A stretch of DNA of 62,283 nucleotides, filler included. It is 5 parts of 5 records of this genome, joined end to end, with 100 filler letters (N's around TTAATTAATTAA, not from the genome) between each part and the next. Parts side by side here need not be neighbours in the genome. Positions count along the whole stretch, not along the records: positions 1 to 20,809 come from SRR20825019_1483; positions 20,910 to 28,847 come from SRR20825019_1485; 3 more parts are not named here. The stretch is one strand, 5' to 3'. The notes under the pieces are model-generated. The model saw only the letters and a list, made by a program, of their open reading frames with translations. It had not been told where the DNA came from and searched no databases. Positions 12,220 to 23,544 of the stretch are shown here, piece after piece (the first letter of the stretch is position 1; each line of letters starts with the position of its first letter). Made by a program: the position numbers and the translations under genes.

Positions 12220-13416
12220 GTGGCATTAACTAAAGACATCAAAGAAAAACAAATAAAAAACTTCACTATGAACTTTGGACCTCAGCATCCAGCAGCGCAT
12301 GGAGTGTTAAGGTTAGTTCTAGAATTAAATGGAGAAGTAGTAGATAGAGCAGATCCTCATATTGGTTTATTACACCGTGGGACTGAAAAATTAATTGAAT
12401 ATAAAAACTATATTCAAGCTCTTCCATATTTTGATAGATTAGATTATGTATCAATGATGGCACAAGAACAGGCATATTCATTAGCAGTTGAAAAACTTTT
12501 AAAATGTGAAATACCTGAAAGAGCTCAATATATTAGAGTACTATTTGCTGAAATAACACGAATTTTAAACCACCTTTTAGCTTTAACAACTCATGCTTTA
12601 GATGTTGGTGCAATGACTCCATTCTTATGAGCATTTGAAGAGCGTGAAAAATTAATGGAATTTTATGAACGCGTTTCAGGAGCACGTTTACATGCAGCAT
12701 ATATTCGACCAGGGGGTGTAGCTTATGATTTACCAATTGGTTTATCTGAAGATATATACCGTTTTGTTGACCAATTTGCTTGCCGTATTGATGAATTAGA
12801 AGAGTTATTAACCGGTAACCGTATATGAAAGCAACGCCTAGTTGATATTGGAGTTGTAAATTACGAAGATGCTTTAGCGTGAGGGTTTAGTGGAGTAATG
12901 TTACGTGGATCAGGTATTGCTTGAGATCTACGAAAAACTCAACCTTATGAAGTTTATGATAAACTAAAATTTGATATACCAGTAGGAAACAAAGGTGATT
13001 GTTATGATAGATTTAATGTACGTATTGAAGAAATGAGACAAAGTATCCGTATTATTATTCAATGTTTAAACCAAATGCCTACAGGTCTAATAAAAGTAGA
13101 TGACCGTAAAATAACACCACCTTCAAGAGCACATATGAAACAATCAATGGAATCTTTAATTCACCACTTTAAATTATATACCGAAGGATATGCAGTTCCA
13201 CGTGGAGAAACATATACTGCTTTAGAAGCACCAAAAGGAGAATTTGGAGTATACTTAGTTTCTAATGGAAGTAATAAACCTTACCGTTGTAAAATTAAAG
13301 CACCTGGTTTTGCACATTTAGCAGGATTAGATTTCATGTCAAAAGGCCATATGATTGCAGATGTTGTAACTATTATTGGAACTCAAGATATTGTATTTGG
13401 TGAAGTTGATCGTTAA
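12220..13416 (+). CDS. nad7: NADH dehydrogenase subunit 7 (probable GTG start)
   Basis: [25 protein letters not shown], ends DIVFGEVDR; three TGA=Trp or more. Confidence 0.98.
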
Positions 13417-13539
13417 TTAAATTCAATATCAAATTTAAAAGTATAATAAAATACTATACATTATTTATACAAATTAATGATTTTAATAAGAATAATTTAA
13501 TTCTTATTAAAATATTTATATAATATAATTAAATCTATA

Positions 13540-13905
13540 ATGCAAATAAAAAACAAAACACTTATTTCAGTTTTTATCTTTGTAATTACTTTTACTCTTT
13601 ATTATAATTTCTTACAATTTTACTTAACAGATAGTATTAATAATAATCATTCATATACAAGTATACACTATTTAATTGAGTTAATTATTGAAAATAAAGA
13701 ACAAAATTTATACGAAACATTACTTAAACAATTAAATATTTTTGATAATAATTATCTAAATAAGATAAATTATGATTTACAAAACATAAATTCAAATAAT
13801 TTTATATATTACTGATTTACAGTAGAAACTATTTTATCTGATATAGAGTTATATGATTATGAATATCATACAAATTATATAAAACAGTTATATAAAAACT
13901 CTTAA
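13540..13905 (+). CDS. Unassigned mitochondrial ORF121 with N-terminal hydrophobic segment
   Basis: Open frame with one TGA read as Trp; TM-like LISVFIFVITFTLYYNFL; co-oriented with nad7 and trnK; no recognised motif. Confidence 0.5.
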
Positions 13906-14034
13906 ATTTAATTATATACTAAATTTGATTATATACTAATGTAACTTATCCTATAAAAAGACTAACTAATATTACTAATTAATATTTATTATTTAAATAG
14001 AATTTAAACGATACAATATATTCTACAGAATAAA

Positions 14035-14106
14035 GGGTGTATAGCTTAGCGGTAGAGCGTCTGGCTTTTAACTTGACGGTCTTGGGTTCAAATCCCAATG
14101 CACCTA
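14035..14106 (+). tRNA. trnK: tRNA-Lys(UUU)
   Basis: Acceptor GGGTGTA/TGCACCT, anticodon loop CTTTTAA, GGTTCAAATCC. Confidence 0.93.
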
Positions 14107-14146
14107 TAAATTTTTATATAAACTATAACCGTTGATATTGTTCATT

Positions 14147-14563
14147 ATGTTAAGTCCTAAAAGAACTAAATTTAGAAAATACCATAAAGGTAGAATCCAT
14201 GGTAACGCTACTTCTGGTTTAACTGTAGACTTTGGGTCCTTTGGAATACAAGCTGCAGAACCTGGGCGTATAACTGCTAGACAGATAGAAGCAACTCGAC
14301 GTGTTCTTTCAAGAAAAATTAAAAAGATAGGAAAAATTTGAATTAGAATATTTCCAGATATTCCCGTTACTTCAAAACCGTCAGAAGTTAGAATGGGTAA
14401 AGGTAAAGGAAGTATTGACCGTTGAATTTGTAGAGTTAAACCTGGAAAAGTATTATTTGAAATAACAGGTGTTAATAAAGAATTAGCAAAACTTGTTTTA
14501 AAAAGTGCAAGTTCAAAGTTACCTGTAAAAACTAATTTTGTTGAAGCAAAACCAAAAATATAG
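14147..14563 (+). CDS. rpl16: Ribosomal protein L16
   Basis: [40 protein letters not shown]. Confidence 0.97.
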
Positions 14564-14767
14564 ATATAAAATACTAAAAAATAATTTAAAAAATATATTT
14601 GTATAAGAAGTATAAATAAAGTTATTAATATTTATAAGATTATACACACTAATTAAACTTTTAGTTATTATTAGTATTTTTGTATATATAATCAAAGTAA
14701 AATATAAATAATATATATGAACAAATATAATATATATTTAGATTAATAAATTTTAGATAAAAATAAT

Positions 14768-14977
14768 ATGAAAAAAGGTATACATCCTACTTATAATAAA
14801 GTTACCGTTATAATGACTGATGGTACAAGTTATCAATCATTAGACACACGTGGTAGTAGTACTTTAAAAACAGATATTGATAGTAAATCACACAATTTGT
14901 GACGCAATAAACAAGAAAATTTTTTTGATAAAGGAGGTCAATTAGATAAATTCAAAAAACGTTTTAATAAGAAATAA
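14768..14977 (+). CDS. rpl31: Ribosomal protein L31
   Basis: MKKGIHPTY...MTDG...DIDSKSHNLW...GQLDKFKKRF; not in the ORF track. Confidence 0.95.
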
Positions 14978-15018
14978 AATTTATCAATACATTAATATTA
15001 ATATAATACATAATAATT

Positions 15019-15270
15019 ATGGCAACTAAAAAAGCAGGTGGTAGCTCTCGTAATGGGAGAGACTCAAACAGTAAACGATTAGGAGTAAAAAAATATGGTG
15101 GTCAACATGTTGTATCAGGTAATATAATTATTAGACAACGTGGAACTAAAGTACTTAATGGATTAAATGTAAAACTTGGAAGAGATCACACATTATTTGC
15201 TATAAAGTCAGGAACTGTTCAATTTACATGAAATAAAATTTCTAAGAAAATGTGTGTATCAGTTATATAA
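15019..15270 (+). CDS. rpl27: Ribosomal protein L27
   Basis: [44 protein letters not shown]. Confidence 0.98.
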
Positions 15271-15491
15271 TATAAGAAATGGCATTAATAAAACAAATTT
15301 AATATATATAATACTAGATAAACATAAAATATATTATAATAAAATATAAATTTTTTAATAATCCATATAAGTTAAATATATCAATAATTATATTATTATA
15401 TATATTTTTTATATTAATGTAATATAAAATAATTAATACCAATTATTAAATAGTATAATAATATAAATATATATTAGTTTATAATTTCAAA

Positions 15492-15577
15492 GGAGGGATC
15501 GCATAGCGGTTTATTGCATTGGTTTGCTAAATCAACGTACAGCATCTGTACCATGGGTTCGAATCCCATTCTCTCCG
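15492..15577 (+). tRNA. trnS: tRNA-Ser(GCU)
   Basis: Acceptor GGAGGGA/TCTCTCC, anticodon GCT, long variable arm GTACAG/CTGTAC. Confidence 0.94.
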
Positions 15578-15697
15578 AATTTAATATATGTATAATTTAT
15601 AATTATTATATTTATACAATTTAATTATATATAAATTAATTTTTATATAATAAAGTAAATAATAGTATATTTATTATAATAAAAAATATAAATAAAA

Positions 15698-16096
15698 ATG
15701 ACTAATATTAGCCGTCCTTTATCACCACATCTTACTGTATACCGTCCACAAATGACATCAGTTCTTTCTATTTTTCATAGAATAACCGGTGTAGTTTTAT
15801 CATTAAGTGTAGCAGCATATGTAGTTATTGCTAAAATTTTCACTTATTCTATTACAAATTATACTATATATTCTTGAAGTTTTTTTCTAAATAATAATTT
15901 TGATTGATTAATTCTTTCTGTATTATTTTTTATAACTTTTAGTATATATTACCATTTAGGTAACGGAATTAGACATTTATTTTGAGATTCAGTAACTGGT
16001 TTAGAGATTGAATCAATTCACCAAACTGGTACAATTTTAATTATAAGTTCAATAAGTGTTACTGTATTAACTTGAATTTTATTTGCTTCACTTTAA
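15698..16096 (+). CDS. sdh3: Succinate dehydrogenase cytochrome b556 subunit
   Basis: RPLSPHLTVYRPQMTSVLSIFHRITG, YHLGNGIRHLFWD. Confidence 0.96.
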
Positions 16097-16179
16097 ATAA
16101 TATAATTTTTAAGTTACAGTATAATGATTATTAATATTATTATATACAATACATTAATAATATTAATAATAAATTTTAA

Positions 16180-16262
16180 GCTGAAGTGGTGGAACGGCAG
16201 ACACGTTGGTTTTAGGTACCAATTCTTTCACAGGAGTAAGGGTTCAAATCCCTTCTTCAGTA
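16180..16262 (+). tRNA. trnL: tRNA-Leu(UAG)
   Basis: Acceptor GCTGAAG/CTTCAGT, anticodon TAG, variable arm. Confidence 0.94.
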
Positions 16263-16355
16263 TTTATTTTATTGTATTAGATTTATATTTTAAATTTAAT
16301 ATATGTATAAATAATAGACTTTATAATAAATATAAAATATATAAATATTTATAAT

Positions 16356-16787
16356 ATGGCAACAAATACTCATACTTTTAAAGACATTCCAAATCTAAAT
16401 AAAAGTGAAGGTGGTATTAAAGGTTTTGTTAAAAATATCAATAGTTTTATCCGCCCAAGACATAGTTCACTAGTTTGAATGTTAGAACGTTTAACATCAA
16501 TCTTATTAATTCCTTTTGTATTATGATTTATTTTAATAGCTATTAATACTGTTCAAATTTATTCATGAGACAGAGAATTATTAAATGGTTTCGTTATGTT
16601 AACCAAAAATGTTTTTAGTGATAATCCTTTTATGACTTTTACTCTTTTCACTATTCTATTAATTCATATTAGATTAGGAATACATGCAGTAATTGAAGAT
16701 TATGTACATACCGAAGTTTCTAAAAAATATGCAATGATTTTATTAGATATTATATGTTTGTCTGTATTCTTAGATGTAATTTTCTAA
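16356..16787 (+). CDS. sdh4: Succinate dehydrogenase membrane anchor subunit
   Basis: WMLERLTSILLIP, HIRLGIHAVIEDYVH; follows sdh3; start codon less certain. Confidence 0.92.
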
Positions 16788-16995
16788 AATCATAGCTGTT
16801 AATAGCTTATATATTCAAAAATATAGATTATTTTGAATATATAGGATATAATTAATATTAAATATTTTAAAACGTTTATTTTTTAATAGTGAAAATAATG
16901 TATTTATATCAAAATATAGACATTTAAAAAATAACTATATTATTTATTTATATATATTTAATCATAGTATTAATTAAAAAGCTTATATTTGATAT

Positions 16996-17535
16996 TTAAG
17001 AAAATGTTGGATAAAATTTTTTCTTATAACTACTTCCCATTGATAATCATACTTTTACACCAAATACTCCGTAAACAGTATAAGCATCACGTTGATCATA
17101 ATCAACTAATACATTAATAGTATGTAATGGAATTTGTCCTTTTTTAAAAGAATATAGTTGAGCCATATCTACACCATTTAATCGCCCTGAAATTTGAACT
17201 TTTAAACCACCTAACGAATTTAAATTATTTCGTTGTCATTCATTTTGTATTTCTTTTACAATTAAGCGAGCTGGTTTTTGTTTTTCTAATTCTTTAACTA
17301 TATATTGACTTAATAATTGTGCGTTTGCTAAATATGTACCTTGATTAGTAAGTTGAAGAGCTACAGAGGTCTGTGATTTTGAAAATGTAGTTAAAAATTC
17401 TGATATATAAGTTGGTTTATTCTTATAATCTATATGACTTTTTTTAGTATACTTAAAGTTTGTTGGATTATTAGTAATTTTTTTACTTAACTTCTGTAAA
17501 GTATGTGATTTGTCAGATAATTTAAATAATTTCAT
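16996..17535 (-). CDS. rps3: Ribosomal protein S3, C-terminal half
   Basis: GLKVQISGRLNGVDMA, GQIPLHT, YGVFGVKVW; own ATG with in-frame TAA directly upstream. Confidence 0.9.
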
Positions 17536-17603
17536 TTATATATTTGTGTATTTTATATAAAGTTAGATTTACTATTAGATTATTTTATAATAATATAAAA
17601 TTA

Positions 17604-18113
17604 TTAATTAATCTTACTTTTTATTTGTGGAATATAAACTTTAGAAACTTTTAACTTATTTCTTGCGTCAGTAAATTTCTTATTTTTATTTACTAAAAAT
17701 ACTCTTTTCTCATAATTATTAACATTTTCAGTTTTATTTATAACTTCATTTGCTATAACTTTTAAAGTTCGTGTATTATTAGTTTCCTGTGAATTAATTG
17801 AATAACCTATAAATCTATTATTGTCAATTTTATTTACATTAAATCCACCTTCAAAAACTTTAGTTGGTAGTAATTTAGGGTTTGAGTAATTAAAAATATT
17901 AGAATTAACTATTAAATTATCTTGAGACCTTGATATTTTAGGGCTATCAACTAATAATTTATCTTTTTTAAAAATATTTTCGACATATTTTGAAATAGTT
18001 AAGTCTTCATGTAATAAATCACTATAATTAGTAAATTTATCACTAAACCAGTTACTTTTTCAGTTTTTGTAATAACCTATACGTAAATTAATAGGATTAA
18101 CTTTTTGACCCAT
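17604..18113 (-). CDS. rps3: Ribosomal protein S3, N-terminal half
   Basis: MGQKVNPINLRIGYYKNWKSNWF; stop TAA 17604-17606; different frame from the C-terminal half. Confidence 0.9.
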
Positions 18114-18149
18114 ATATTATTATAGTAATTTTATTAATTAATTTTAAAT

Positions 18150-18222
18150 TGGAGATGAAGGGACTCGAACCCTTGACCTTTCACTTGCAAAACGAATATT
18201 CAACCTGTTGAACTACACCCCC
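18150..18222 (-). tRNA. trnA: tRNA-Ala(UGC)
   Basis: Acceptor GGGGGTG/CATCTCC with G3:U70, anticodon TGC. Confidence 0.93.
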
Positions 18223-18472
18223 ATATAAGCAACTTACAATACTATTTGTAATACCTAAAACTTTTTATTCTAAGAAAAATAATATTATAGTAAACTGTTA
18301 AAATTTCCTCTTTATAAAGAAAAAAGATAAATTAATATATAAATCATAACTTTTACATTTTATAAATTAAAAAGTACGATAAAAATTTATTGGTTATACA
18401 AAACATTTTAACTATATTTATATATAAAATTATTCATCATTTATATAACAACATTATAATCATCTAATTAAG

Positions 18473-18847
18473 TTATATAAACGATGGTGCTAATCCTATT
18501 ATTTTTGTAAATTTTTTATCATATTTTTTAATTTCTTTAAAAACTGGTCCAAAAATTCTGGTTCCTTTTGCTACTCCCAAATCATTAATAATAACAACAG
18601 CATTATCGCCTCCAGAAATGTATGATCCATCCGATCTACCTAATTTTTTTTTAACACGGATAACAACACCTTTCAGAACATCTCCTTTTTTTACTTTAGT
18701 ATTTGGTTTTACATTTTGAACAGCTAAAACTACAACATCACCAACACTAGCAACTTTTTTCTTTGAACCACCTAATACTTTAATACATTTAGCAAGTAGA
18801 GCCCCAGTATTATCAGCAACTTTTACTTCAGTTAATAACTGTATCAT
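18473..18847 (-). CDS. rpl14: Ribosomal protein L14
   Basis: MIQ...VADNTGA, DNAVVI, GTRIFGPV. Confidence 0.97.
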   Translation of the reverse strand: MIQLLTEVKVADNTGALLAKCIKVLGGSKKKVASVGDVVVLAVQNVKPNTKVKKGDVLKGVVIRVKKKLGRSDGSYISGGDNAVVIINDLGVAKGTRIFGPVFKEIKKYDKKFTKIIGLAPSFI

Positions 18848-18883
18848 ATTTAATATTTATTCTATGTAAATTTTATTTCAATT

Positions 18884-18955
18884 TTGGAGTAAAAGGACTC
18901 GAACCTTTGCATGTCGATATCAAAAACCGACGCCTTACCACTTGGCTATACTCCA
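18884..18955 (-). tRNA. trnQ: tRNA-Gln(UUG)
   Basis: Acceptor TGGAGTA/TACTCCA, GCCAAGTGGTAAGGC D-arm, anticodon TTG. Confidence 0.95.
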
Positions 18956-19016
18956 TTTTTAATAATAATTTATAAAATTAAATGCTTATAAAAGAAGAAT
19001 AAATTTTAATATAATA

Positions 19017-19583
19017 ATGAACACAACAAATCAAATAAATATTTTACAAAATCACTATAAGAACGTTATTTTACCAGATTTATTACAAAAAGGATTATAC
19101 AATAATATTCATGATATACCTAAACTTGAAAAAATTGTATTAAATTTAAGTATTAAGACTGTAGTTCAAGATAGTAAACAAATATTACCCCCTTTATTAG
19201 CTTTAGAATTAATTACTGGACAACGAGCTAAAAAAACTTACGCTAGAAAATCCATTGCTAATTTCAAATTACGAAAAAACAGTGTAATTGGGTGTAAAGT
19301 TACATTAAGAAAAACTCAAATGTACTTATTTTTACAAAAATTAATTCATATTATTCTTCCTAGAATAAAAGATTTTAAAGGATTATCTTCTAAAAGTTTT
19401 GATGGTAAAGGAAATTATACTTTTGGAATTAATGATATATTAATATTTCCAGAATTAGAAAAAGAATATGATAAATTTGACCGTACTTACGGCTTAGATA
19501 TAACATTTGTTACTACTGCTAAAACTAATAATGATTCATTATTATTACTAAGCGGATTTCAATTACCTTTCAAAAAAATTTAA
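19017..19583 (+). CDS. rpl5: Ribosomal protein L5
   Basis: IPKLEKIVLN, LELITGQ, ARKSIANFKLR, GCKVTLR, FDGKGNY. Confidence 0.97.
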   Translation: MNTTNQINILQNHYKNVILPDLLQKGLYNNIHDIPKLEKIVLNLSIKTVVQDSKQILPPLLALELITGQRAKKTYARKSIANFKLRKNSVIGCKVTLRKTQMYLFLQKLIHIILPRIKDFKGLSSKSFDGKGNYTFGINDILIFPELEKEYDKFDRTYGLDITFVTTAKTNNDSLLLLSGFQLPFKKI

Positions 19584-20058
19584 TAAAACCCTATAAAACT
19601 ATATATTTATTAAGATTAATACAATATATAAATTTTTATATTAGAATAATTATTGTATTACTTAATAAATAGATTAAATAAAACAATAGTTTATATATGC
19701 AAAGTTAAAAATATTAATAATTAATAAACTTCATATATATATATATACTTAAGAATGAATAACTAGAAAACTAGAATAGTAAATGAGTTAATTTATAAAG
19801 TTATTAATAGTTTAAAACATCCAATATTTAACCAAAGTAATTATTAATATTCTCAAATTAGGTTTTAAAATCTTTAAAATAAGTTTATATGTAGTTTATG
19901 AGGTTAAGTTATATTATAAAAAAATATTAAAATATTTTACTTATTATTTAACTTAACTTGTTGTATTTACTAAGTAATACGAATATAATCATATTTGCAT
20001 TACTTTAATAAATATTATATAAAACATAAATAGGTTTTATATCTTGTTTATAGTTATT

Positions 20059-20694
20059 TTATACAGATTTAAATGTTACCGAGTCTTGTAATGTACGACT
20101 AACTTGGTCAAAAATATCTTGTCTTTTTACTGATCCACGTTTTTGTAAGGTTAAAATAATTGCTCCTATCATAGCTACTAATAAAATTAAACTAGCAACT
20201 AAAAATCAATAGAAATAATAAGTATATAAAAGTTGACCTATAATTTCAATATTAGTAATAGGAGTTATTTTATTTACTCATAATGTAATACTAGATGGAA
20301 ATGCTTCTCCTAATGTAGAGTTCATTTCTGATGTAGTAGCTAATAGTGGTACTAAGTCACTATCTACAATTAATAAAATTTCTAATAAGAAAATTATTCC
20401 AATAAATCCACCAATTGGTAAGTAACGCGAAATATTTTCATGAAATTCAATAACCTTTACATTTAACATCATTACTACAAAAAGGAATAAAACAGCTATT
20501 GCACCTACATAAACAATTAAGAAAATCATTGCTAAAAATTCTACTTCTAATAATAATAATAAACCTGCAGCGTTACAGAATACAAGTATTAAAAATAATA
20601 CTGAATGTATAGGGTTACGAGCTCCTATTACCATTATAGCAGATACAAAAGCAATGCTAGCAAATAGATAAAAAAGACTTAATTCAACAGTCAT
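20059..20694 (-). CDS. nad6: NADH dehydrogenase subunit 6
   Basis: NPIHSVLFLILVF, IVYVGAIAVLFLFVVMMLN, LLVAMIGAIILT. Confidence 0.97.
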
Positions 20695-20748
20695 AGTAAA
20701 TTAATTTTAATTATATCGACTTTTTATCATTAAATATCTATTGATATA

Positions 20749-20809
20749 CGCCTTTTATCCGATTTGAACGGATGCAACCTCGATTAACAGTCGAGTGCTC
20801 TACCGCTGA
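20749..20809 (-). tRNA. trnN: tRNA-Asn(GUU), 5'-truncated at contig end
   Basis: Anticodon arm CTCGA-CTGTTAA-TCGAG, T-arm ATCCG-TTCAAAT-CGGAT. Confidence 0.9.
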
Positions 20810-20909
20810 NNNNNNNNNNNNNNNNNNNNNNNNNNNNNNNNNNNNNNNNNNNNTTAATTAATTAANNNNNNNNNNNNNNNNNNNNNNNNNNNNNNNNNNN
20901 NNNNNNNNN
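20810..20909. other. Artificial contig linker (N run, TTAATTAATTAA, N run)
   Basis: Six-frame stop linker; abrupt change of composition and genetic code across it. Confidence 0.99.
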
Positions 20910-22960
20910 GCGCCAGCATCAAATAAAAATTGATAATCTGCAGATGGTATAACACCACCAACAATTACCATAATATCTTCTCTGCCATAGTTTTTAAGTT
21001 CCTCAATTACTTGCGGCACCAATGTTTTGTGACCTGCAGCAAGAGAGGATACACCTAAAATGTGAACATCATTTTCTACGGCTTGTTTAGCAGCCTCTTT
21101 AGGTGTTTGGAAAAGTGGACCTATATCTACATCAAAACCAACATCTGCATAACCTGTTGCTACCACTTTGGCACCACGATCGTGACCGTCTTGTCCCATT
21201 TTGGCAATCATGATACGAGGACGTCTTCCGTCTTGTTCTGCAAAGGTATTTGCCAATTCTTTGGCTTTGCTAAATGATTTGTCGTCTTTTATCTCTTTAC
21301 TGTACACGCCACTAAAACTTTGAATTTGTGCTTTATGCCTGCCAAAACTTTCTTCTAAAGCATCGCTAATTTCTCCTAATGTTGCACGCTCTCTGGCAGC
21401 CGCTACAGCTAAAGATAGTAAGTTTTTGTTGCCTTGCTTTGCAGCATTGCTTAAATATTTAAGCGCTTTTGAAACTTTATCTGTATTACGTTCTGCCTTT
21501 ATACGTTCTAAACGTTCAATTTGTTGAAGTCTTACGGTTTGGTTGTCTACCTCCAACGTTACTAAAGGATCCTCTTTCTCTAACCTGTATTTGTTAGTAC
21601 CTACAATTATATCTTGGCCACTATCTATACGCGCTTGTTTTCTTGCGGCAGCTTCTTCAATACGAAGTTTAGGGATACCTTTTTCAATGGCCTTTGTCAT
21701 GCCTCCAAGATTTTCAACTTCTTGTATAAGCTCCCAAGCTTTTTCTGTAATATCATTTGTGAGCGATTCAACATAAAAACTACCTGCCCAAGGATCTACA
21801 GTTTTGGTAATCTGTGTTTCTTCTTGTAAATATAATTGTGTGTTACGAGCAATACGTGCAGAAAAATCGGTAGGTAATGCAATGGCTTCATCAAGCGCAT
21901 TTGTGTGTAAACTTTGTGTGCCTCCAAAAGCTGCAGCAGAAGCCTCGATACAGGTTCTGGCTACATTATTAAATGGATCTTGCTCTGTTAAGCTCCAGCC
22001 ACTAGTTTGGCAGTGCGTTCTTAATGCTAACGATTTAGGATTTTTAGGATTAAATTGTTTTACCAATTTAGCCCAAAGCATACGTGCGGCACGCATTTTT
22101 GCAATTTCCATAAAATGGTTCATCCCTATTGCCCAGAAAAAAGATAGGCGCGGTGCGAACGTATCTATATCCATTCCTGCAGCCAGTCCTTTTCGTATAT
22201 ATTCTAAACCATCTGCAAGAGTATATGCAAGCTCAATATCACAAGTAGCACCAGCTTCCTGCATATGGTAACCCGATATACTTATACTGTTAAATTTTGG
22301 CATATTCTCTGAAGTGTATTCAAAGATGTCTGAGATAATTTTCATTGAAGGTTGTGGCGGATAAATGTATGTATTACGCACCATAAACTCTTTTAAAATA
22401 TCATTTTGTATGGTTCCTGAAAGCTGTTCTGCTTTTACACCTTGTTCTTCTGCAGCTACAATATAAAATGCCATAATAGGTAAAACGGCACCATTCATAG
22501 TCATTGAAACAGACATTTTATCTAGCGGAATTTGATCAAAAAGAACCTTCATGTCCTCAACAGAATCTATAGCCACACCAGCTTTACCTACATCTCCTAC
22601 AACTCTGTCATGATCACTGTCATAACCTCTATGTGTTGCCAAATCAAAAGCTACAGATAGTCCTTTTTGTCCGGCAGCCAAATTACGTCTGTAAAATGCA
22701 TTACTTTCTTCTGCTGTTGAAAATCCTGCATATTGCCTTATTGTCCAAGGTCTACGAACGTACATAGTAGAGTAGGGACCACGTAAATTAGGTGCTATTC
22801 CTGCAACAAAATCTAAATGTTTAAGGTCTTCTAAATCTTCTTTGGTATAATGAGATTTTACTTCAATTTTTTCTGCAGTAGATTGCATTTTCACCTCATT
22901 TGAAGAGGTGTCTTGAGTGTCGTAATTTAATTTTAAATGCTGTAAATTCTTTCTACTCAT
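20910..22960 (-). CDS. scpA: Methylmalonyl-CoA mutase large (catalytic, B12-binding) subunit, 3'-truncated
   Basis: [19 protein letters not shown]12 motif GQDGHDRG; probable start MSRKNLQ at 22960. Confidence 0.96.
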
Positions 22961-23540
22961 GGTCTTCTGTTTCTGTAAAGTCATTAAAGAACATATGGCC
23001 ATAGCCATATTCAAAAACGACATATAATTTTAAATAAGGATCTCTCGCTATTTTTAGAGAGTTTCTTCCAATAGCATCAGAGAACAAATCTGGTTTCATG
23101 CTGTTGGTAGTTAAAAGTGCTTTAAATGTTGTTTTAAGATCTTTGTCTATCATATTTGCAGCAATGCACTTTATGAAGTCTGATTTGTAATTTAGGTTAG
23201 AGTCTTCATTGTAAACATCCCAAATTTCTGGTTTAGATTCTTTTAGCATTTCAAAAACCTTTACAGTATGAGGAGATACAAACTCTTTAACATCTAGTTT
23301 GTTTTTTAAAGTTGGGTAAAACCACTGTCCATAAATTTGCTCACTCTGTGCATTTAAGTTGCCAATATGAACTTTAATATCGTGCTCAAAACTATAAAAC
23401 GCCTCTTTTAGCAATGGTTCTGTCTCATTAGCACAAACCGTGAAGTTTGGCATGTCCTGAAATTTATATTCAAACTTTTCCTGACAACTAAAAGTTGTCA
23501 CTAGACATATAAAAAAGATAAGTTTTAAAACTGGTTTCAT
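22953..23540 (-). CDS. Hypothetical lipoprotein (paralog B)
   Basis: Signal peptide with lipobox TFSC; similar to the neighbouring ORF. Confidence 0.85.
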   Translation of the reverse strand: MKPVLKLIFFICLVTTFSCQEKFEYKFQDMPNFTVCANETEPLLKEAFYSFEHDIKVHIGNLNAQSEQIYGQWFYPTLKNKLDVKEFVSPHTVKVFEMLKESKPEIWDVYNEDSNLNYKSDFIKCIAANMIDKDLKTTFKALLTTNSMKPDLFSDAIGRNSLKIARDPYLKLYVVFEYGYGHMFFNDFTETEDHE

Positions 23541-23544
23541 ACTG

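Noticed and set aside
16124-16354. 76-aa ORF in the track
   Set aside because: Overlaps tRNA-Leu(UAG) and low-complexity spacer
20810-20909. Mitochondrial DNA adjacent to bacterial genes as horizontal transfer or chimera
   Set aside because: Identical synthetic linkers separate all five segments, so adjacency is artificial
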